Source: the human T2T-CHM13v2.0 reference genome, Homo sapiens. Taken from it: DNA of 64,000 nucleotides. The stretch is from NCBI RefSeq assembly GCF_009914755.1, contig NC_060929.1, one strand, 5' to 3'. Under the pieces are notes generated by a model. It had not been told where the DNA came from. It worked only from the letters and a program-made list of their open reading frames with translations, and searched no databases. A program made the position numbers and the translations under genes. Below are positions 56,301-64,000 of the stretch, piece by piece. Within the stretch, counting starts at the first letter, position 1. Each line of letters begins with the position of its first letter.

Positions 56301-59300
56301 TGGGAATGATTCCATTCCATTCCATTGCATTCCATTCCATTCCATGCCATTCCATTCGGGTTGATTCCATTCCTTTCCACTCTATTCGGGTTGAATCCAT
56401 TCCATTACATTCCATTCCATTCTGGTAGATTCCATTCCATTCCATTCCATTCCATTCCATTCCATTCCATTCCATTCCATTACATTATTTTCCATTACAT
56501 TACATTACATTACATTGCACTCGGGTTGATTCCATTCCTTTCCATTCCACTCGATTACATTCCCTTCTATTCCACTCGGAATGATTCCATTCCATTCCAT
56601 TCCATTCCAACTGAGTTGAATCCATTCCATTCCATTCCGTTCCATTCCATTCCATTCCAATCCATTCCATTCCATTCCATTCCACTCTGTTTGATTCAGT
56701 TGCATTCCATTCCATTCCACGCGATTTGATTCCATTCCATTCTATTCCGTTTCATTCCATTCCACGCTATAGGATTCCATTCCATTCCACACCATTCGGG
56801 TACATTCCATTCCATTCCATTCCATTCCATTCCTTTCCATTCCATTCCATTGCACTTGGGTTGATTCCAATTCATTCCATTCCATTCCATTCCATTCCAT
56901 TCCATTCCATTGCATTCCATTCCATTCCATTCAACTCCTTTCCATTCCATTCCATTCCATTCCATTCGGGTTGTTTCTATTCCATTCCTTTACACTCCAT
57001 TCCATTCCATTCCATTCCACACAATTCCATTCCGTACCATTCCATTCCATTCCATTCCTTTCCATTCCATGCCCTTCTAATCGGGTTTGATTCCATTTCA
57101 TTCAATTTTATTCGGGTTGATTGCATTCCATTCCATTCCATTCCATTCCATTGCATTCCATTCCATTCCATTCCATTCCATTGCATTCCATAGCACTCGA
57201 GTTGATTCCATTCCATTGCATTCCATTCCATTGCAGTAGAGATGATTCCATTCCATTCCATTCGATTCCATTCCATTCCATTCCTTTCCCTTCCATTCCA
57301 CTCGGGTTCTTGCCATTCCATTCCATTCCATTCCATTCCATTCCATTCCATTCCATTCCATTACATTCAATTCCACTCGGGTTGATTCCATTCTATTCTT
57401 TTCCATTCCATTCCATTCCCTTCCATTCCACTCGGGTTGATTCCATTCCTTTCCATTCCACTCGAATACATTCCCTTCTATTCCACTCGGAATGATTCCA
57501 CTCCATTCCATTCCATTCCATTCCATTCCATTTCATTTCGTTCTATTCCATTCTATTCCGTACCATTCCATGCCATTCCATTCCATTCCATTCCATTCCA
57601 TTCCTTTCCATTCCATTCCATTCCATTCCATTCCATTCCATTCCATGCCATTCCACTCGGGTTGATTCCATTCCTTTCCTTTCCTTTCGGATTGAATCCA
57701 TTCCATTCCATTCCTTTCCATTCAATTCCATTCTATTGCACTCGGGTTCATTCCATTCCATTCCATTCCATTCTACTCCATTCCATTCGATTCCACTCCA
57801 TTCCATTCGGGATGATTCCATTCCATTCCATTCCATTCCATTCCATTCCATTCCATTCTATTCCATTCCATTCCTTTCCATTCCATTACATTCCATTCTA
57901 TTCTGGTTGATTCTATTCAATTCCTTTACCCTCCATTCCATTCAATTCCATTACATACAATTCCATTTCATTCCATTCCCTTCCAATTGTGTTGAATCCA
58001 TTTCATTCCATTTCGTTCTATTCCATTCTATTCCGTACCATTCAATTCCATTCCATTCCTTTCCATTCCATGCCATTCCACTCGGGTTGATTCCATTTCA
58101 TTCCATTCTATTCGGGTTGATTCCATTCCATTCCATCCCATTCCATTCCATTCCATTGCAATCGAGTTGATTCCATTTCATTCCATTCCATTCCATTCCA
58201 TTGCATTCCATTCCATTCCTTTCCATTCCATTCCACTCGAGTTGATTCCATTCTATTCTTTTCCATTCCATTCCATTCCCTTCCATTCCACTCTGGGTGA
58301 TTCCATTCCTTTCCATTCCACTCGAATACATTCCCTTCTATTCAACTGGGAATGATTCCATTCCATTCCATTCCATTCCATTCCATTCCATTCCATTCCA
58401 TTCCATTCTGGTAGATTCCATTCCATTCCATTCCATTCCATTCCATTCCATTCCATTCCATTCCATTCCATTACATTACATTATTTTCCATTACATTACA
58501 TTACATTACATTGCACTCGGGTTGATTCCATTCCTTTCCATTCCACTCGATTACATTCCCTTCTATTTCACTCGGAATGATTCCATTCCATTCCATTCCA
58601 TTCCAACTGAGTTGAACCCATTCCATTCCATTTCGTTCCATTCCATTCTATTCCCTACCATTCCATTCCTTTCCATTCCATTCCATTCCATTCCATTCCA
58701 TTCCATTCCATTCCACTCTGTTTGATTCAGTTGCATTCCATTCCATTCCACGCGATTTGATTCCATTCCATTCTATTCCGTTTCATTCCATTCCACGCTA
58801 TACGATTCCATTCCTTTCCACACCATTCGGGTACATTCCATTCCATTCCATTCCATTCCATTCCATTCCTTTCCATTCCATTCCATTGCACTTGGGTTGA
58901 TTCCAATTCATTCCATTCCATTCCATTCCATTCCATTCCATTCCATTCCATTGCATTCCATTCCGTTCCATTCCATTCAACTCCTTTCCATTCCATTCCA
59001 TTCCATTCGGGTTGTTTCTATTCAATTCCTTTACACTCCATTCCATTCCATTCCATTCCACACAATTCCATTCCGTACCACTCCATTCCATTCCATTCCT
59101 TTCCGTTCCATGCCCTTCCAATCGGGTTTGATTCCATTTCATTCAATTTTATTCGGGTTGATTGCATTCCATTCCATTCCTTTCCATTCCATTCCATTGC
59201 ATTCCATAGCACTCGAGTTGATTCCATTCCATTCCATTCCATTCCATTGCACTAGAGTTGATTCCATTCCATTCCATTCGATTCCATTCCATTCCATTCC

Positions 59301-59400
59301 ATTCCCTTCCATTCCACTCGGGTTCTTGCCATTCCTTTCCTTTCCACTCGAATACATTCCCTTGTATTCCACTCCGAATGATTCCATTCCATTCCATTCC
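53380..59400 (+). repeat. ~2.0-2.2 kb higher-order unit, about 3 copies
   Basis: aatcgggtttgatt at ~54903, ~57079 and ~59120; tcgggttcttgcc at ~55111, ~57302 and ~59318; ORFs 53935/56121/58167. Confidence 0.85.
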
Positions 59401-62400
59401 ATTCCATTCCATTTTGTTCCATTCCATTCTATTCCGTACCATTCCATTCCATTCCATTCATTTCCATTCCATGCCATTCCTCTCGGGTTGAATCTATTTC
59501 ATTCCATTCTATTCTGGTTGATTCCATTCCATTCCATTCCATTCCATTCCATTGGATTCCATTGCAGTCGAGTTGATTCCATTCCATTCCATCCCATTCC
59601 ATTCCATTCCATTCCATTCCATTCCATTCCATTCCATTCCATTCCATTCGGGATGATTCCATTCCATTCCATTCCATTCCATTCCATTCCATTCCACTCT
59701 GTTTGATTCAGTTCCATTCCTTTCCATTCCATACGATTTGATTCCATTCCATTCTATTCAGTTTCATTCCTTTCCACGCCATACGATTCCATTCCATTCC
59801 ATTCCATTAGGGTACATTCCATTCCATTCCACTCCATTCCATTCCATTCCATTCCATTCTTATAGATTCCATTCCATTCCTTTCCATTCCATTCCATTCC
59901 ATTCCATTGCACTCGGGTTGATTCCATTCCTTTCCATTCCACTCGATTGCATTCACTTCCATTCCACTCGGAATGATACCGTTCCGTTACATTCCATTCC
60001 ATTGCATTCCATTCCAATCCATTCCATTCCATTCCATTACACCCGAGTTGATTCCACTCCACTCCATTCCATTCCATTCCATTCCTTTCCATTCCTTTCC
60101 ATTCCATTCCATTCAATTCGGGTTGATTCTATTCAATTACTTTACACTCCATTCCATTCTACTCCATTCCACACAATTCCATTCCATTCCATTCCATTCC
60201 ATTCCATTCCATTCCATTCCATTCCATTCCATTCCACACCATTCCACTCGGGTTGATTCCAATACATTCCATTCCTTTCCATTTCATTCCATTCCATTCC
60301 ACAGGAGATGATTCCATTCCATTCCAATCCATTTCCTTCCACTCCACTCCATTCGATTCCATTCCATTCCATTCCATTTGGGTAGTTTCCATTCCATTCT
60401 ATTCCATTCCACTCCATTCCATTCCACTCAGGTTCCCTCGATTCCATTCCATTCCATTCCATTCCACTCGGGTTGATTCCATTCCATTCCATTCCATTCC
60501 ATTCCATTCCATTCCATTCCATTCTAGTCCATTGTACTACGTTTGATTCCATTTCATTACTTTCCAATCCATTCCATTCAATTCCATTTCATTGCTTTCC
60601 ATTCAATTCCATTCGATTCCATTCCACTCCATTCCACTCGGGTTGATTACATTTCCTTCCATTCCATTCCATTCCCTTCCATTCCACTCGGGTTGATTCC
60701 ATTCCATTCCATTCCATTCCATTCCATTCCATTCCATTCCATTCCACGTGAGTTGATTCCATTCCACTCCAATCCATTCCATTCCATTCGATTCCAATCC
60801 ATTCCATTCGGGATGATTCCATTCCATTCCATTAAATTCCATTCCATTCCATTCCATTCCGTTCCATTCCACTCTGTTTGATTCAGTTCCATTCCAAACC
60901 ATTCCATGCGATTTGATTCCATTCCATTCTATTCAGTTTCATTTCATTCCACGCCATATGATTCCATTCCATTCCATTCAATTCGGGTACATTGCATTCC
61001 ATTCCATTCCATTCCATTCTTATAGATTCCATTCCATTCCATTCCATTCCATTCCATTCCATTCCATTCCATTCCATTCCATTCCATTCCACTCCATTCC
61101 ACTCGGGTTGATTCCATTCCTTTCCATTCCACTCGAATACATTCCCTTCTATTCCACTAGGAATGTTTCCATTCCATTCCATTCCATTCCATTCCATTCC
61201 ATTCCATTCCATTTCGTTCCATTCCATTCTATTCCATACCATTCCATTCCATGCCATTCCACTCGGGTTGATTCCATTCCTTTCCAATCCATTCGGGTTG
61301 AATCCATACCATTCCATTCCATTCCATTCCATTCCATTTCATTGCACTCTGGTTGATTCCATTCCATTCCATTCCATGCCATTCCATTCCATTCCATTCC
61401 ACTCCATTCCATTCGGGAAGATTCCATTCCATTCCATTCCATTCCACTCTGTTTGATTCAGTTCCATTCCATTCCATTCCACGCGATTTGATTCCATTCC
61501 ATTCTATTCTCTTTCATTCCATTCCACGCCATACGATTCCATTCCATTCCATTCCATTCGGGTAAATTCCATTCCATTCCATTGCATTTTGGTTGATTCC
61601 ATTCCATTCCATTCCATTCCATTCCATTCCATTCCATTCCATTCCATTCCATTGCACTCGGGTTGATTCCGTTCCATTCCATTCCATTCCATTCCATTCC
61701 ATTCCATTCCATTCCATTCCTTTCCATTCCATTCCACTCGGGTTGTTTCCAATCCATTCCTTTTCATTCCATTCCTTTCCAATTGGGTTGAATCTATTCC
61801 ATTCCTTTTCGTTCTATTCCGTTCTATTCCGTACCATTCCATTCCATTCCATTGCATTCCATTCCATTCCATTCCATTCCATTCCATGCCATTCCAATCG
61901 GTTTGATTCCTTTCCATTCCATTCCATTTGGGTTCATTATAATCTATTCCATTCCATTCCATTCCTTTCCATTCCATTGCACTCGGGTTGATTCCATTCC
62001 ATTCCATTCCATTCCATTCCACTGCTTTCCATTCGGGATAATTCTATTCCATTCCATTCCATTCCATTCCATTCCATTCCATTCCACTCGGGTTGATTCC
62101 ATTCCGTTCCTTTTCATTCAATTCCAATCCCTTCCATTCCACTCGGGATGATTCCATTCCTTTCCATTCCACTCGATTACATTCCCTTCCATTCCACTCG
62201 GAATGATTCCATTCCTTTCCATTGCATTCCATTCCAATCCACTCCATTCCATTCCATTCTCTCGAGTTGATTCCATTCCATTCCATTCCATTCCATTCCA
62301 TTCCATTCCATTCCATTCGGGTTGATTCTATTCAATTCCTTTACACTCGATTCCATTCCATTCCATTCCAGACAATTCCATTCCATTCCAATTGGGTTGA

Positions 62401-63900
62401 ATCCATTTCATTCCATTTCGTTCCATTCCATTCTATTCCGTACCATTCCATTCCATTCCATTCGTTTCCTTTTTATGCCATTCCACTCGGGTTCATTCCA
62501 TTTCATTCCATTCTATTCGAGTTGATTCCATTCCATTCCTTCCATTCCATTCCGTTCCATTTGGTTCCATTGCAGTCGAGGTGATTCCATTCCATTCCAT
62601 TCCATTCCATTCCATTCCATTCCATTCCACTCCATTCCATTCGGGATGATTCCATTCCATTCCATTCCATTCCATTCCACTCTGTTTGATTCAGTTCCAT
62701 TCCATTCCATTCCATGCGATTTGATTCCATTCCATTCTATTCAGTTTCATTCCATTTCACGCCATACGATTCCATTCCATTCCATTCCATTCGGGTGCAT
62801 TCCATGCCATTCCATTCCATGCCATTCTTATAGATTCCATTCCATTCCATTCCATTGCATTCTATTCCATTCCATTCCACTCGGGTTGATTCCATTCCTT
62901 TCCATTCCACTCGATTACATTCCCTTCCATTCCACTCGGAATGATTCCGTTCCATTGCATTCCATTCCATTGCATTCCATTCCAATCCATTCCATTCCAT
63001 TACACCCGAGTTGATTCCATTCCATTCCATTCCATTCCATTCCATTCCATTGCATTCCATTCCATTCCATTCCTTTCCATTCCGTTCCATTCCATTCCAT
63101 TCAATTCGGGTTGATTCTATTCAATTCCTTTACAATCTATTCCATTCTATTCCATTCCACACAATTCCATTCCATTCCATTCCATTCCATTCCAATCGGG
63201 TTGAATCCATTCCATTGCGTTTCGTTCCGTTCCGTTCTATTCCATTCCATTCCACTCTGTTCCATTCCATTTCTTTCCATTCCTTTCCACGCCATTCAAC
63301 TCGGGTTGATTCCATTCCATTCCATTCCTTTCCATTTCATTCTATTCCATTCCACAGGAGTTGATTGCATTCCGTTCCAATCCAATTCATTCCACTCCAC
63401 TCCACTCGATTCCATTCCATTCCATTCCATTTGGGTAGTTTCCGTTCCATTCTATTCCATTCCACTCCATTCCATTCCACTCAGGTTCCCTCGATTCCAT
63501 TCCATTCCATTCCTTTCCATTCCAATCCAGTTGATTCCATTCCATAGAATTCCATTCCATTCCATTCCATTCCATTCCATTCCACTCGGGTTCTTGCCAT
63601 TCCATTCCATTCCATTCCATTCTTTTCCATTCCATTCCACTCGGGTTGAATCCATTCCATTCCATTCCATTCCATTCCATTCCATTCCATTCCATTCCAT
63701 TCCATTCCATTCCATTGTACTACCTTTGATTCCATTCCATTACTTTCCAATCCATTCCATTCAATTCCATTTAATTGCTTTCCATTCAATTCCATTCGAT
63801 TTCATTCCACTCCACTCCACTCGGGTTGATTCCATTACCTTCCATTCCATTCCATTCCCTTCCATTCCACTCGGGTTGATTCCATTCCATTCCATTCCGT
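59400..63900 (+). repeat. Older, more diverged ~3.0-3.2 kb tandem periodicity
   Basis: acaggag at 60301/63354, ttgggtagtttcc at 60378/63431, tcaggttccctcga at 60429/63481, ttgtactac at ~60532/63716 and tacacccgag at ~60038/63001, with many substitutions between the copies. Confidence 0.75.
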
Positions 63901-64000
63901 TAAATTCCTTTCCATTTCATTCGGGTTGATTCTATTCAATTCCTTTACACTCCATTCCATTCTATTCCATTCCACACAATTCCATTCCATTCCATTCCAT

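Larger units (their letters stand above)
30621..60150 (+). repeat. Macro-duplication copy 2 (rearranged: +5.7 kb, -11.2 kb, +2.0 kb and smaller indels relative to copy 1)
   Basis: The offset to copy 1 steps from ~33060 to ~32500, then ~38230-38685, ~27500 and ~29520. Identity to copy 1 ends near 60150, which is equivalent to ~30620. Confidence 0.85.
1..64000 (+). repeat. Classical satellite III (HSat3) pericentromeric-type array: diverged (CATTC)n with interspersed A(C/T)TCGGGTTG decamers; C-rich strand is +
   Basis: Every line is built on ATTCC/CATTC pentamers, and the decamer actcgggttg/attcgggttg (reverse complement CAACCCGAGT/CAACCCGAAT) recurs every ~50-200 bp. This is the established signature of human/great-ape satellite III. 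The (CATTCGATTC)-rich HSat2 pattern is not dominant. No orientation switch was seen. Confidence 0.98.

Noticed and set aside
1-64000. Hundreds of ORFs on both strands (poly-FHSIP and poly-WNGME)
   Set aside because: These are the inevitable translations of a stop-free pentamer (15-nt period, same peptide in all frames; ATG arises in GGAATGG). They have no domains or gene structure. Poly-WNGME is known from (TGGAA)n expansion in SCA31, but nothing here indicates translation.
1-64000. CRISPR-like alternation of a constant motif (actcgggttgattcc) with variable spacers
   Set aside because: The spacers are themselves pentamer satellite of irregular length, there are no cas genes or leader, and the context is eukaryotic satellite.
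1-64000. Assignment to HSat2, DYZ1, D15Z1 or a specific chromosome or species
   Set aside because: HSat2-type CATTCGATTC is rare, and there is no regular EcoRI ladder (sites noted at 13906, 21335, 25075, 25870, 28056, 52586, 53381, 55567, 63547). Exact subfamily and locus need k-mer classification or alignment to T2T assemblies.
1-64000. Embedded Alu/L1/alpha-satellite, telomeric repeat, inversion or unique island
   Set aside because: None seen. Every line stays in C-strand pentamer register, and gggttg is not TTAGGG.

Overview
The whole 64 kb window is one uninterrupted, single-orientation block of primate classical satellite III (HSat3). It consists of diverged (CATTC)n pentamers on the + strand ((GGAAT)n on the - strand), punctuated by the diagnostic decamer A(C/T)TCGGGTTG and its derivatives. 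I see no credible gene, RNA gene, transposon, CRISPR array or unique sequence, and all supplied ORFs are translations of the pentamer (FHSIP / WNGME). I cannot support a new gene-encoded system here. The informative signal is the nested rearrangement history, read by eye from rare variant markers and ORF-track offsets. There is a ~30-33 kb tandem macro-duplication with a junction near 30620, and a younger 8.8 kb duplication that straddles this junction and carries a 3.07 kb internal deletion. There are also local 3.7, 2.2, 1.67, 0.8 and 0.5 kb higher-order units whose copy number differs between the macro-copies, an older diverged ~3 kb repeat at the right end, and very strict conservation of the 5-bp register. 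Breakpoint coordinates are approximate (tens of bp) because most fall in pure pentamer tracts. Species and chromosome cannot be fixed from the sequence alone.
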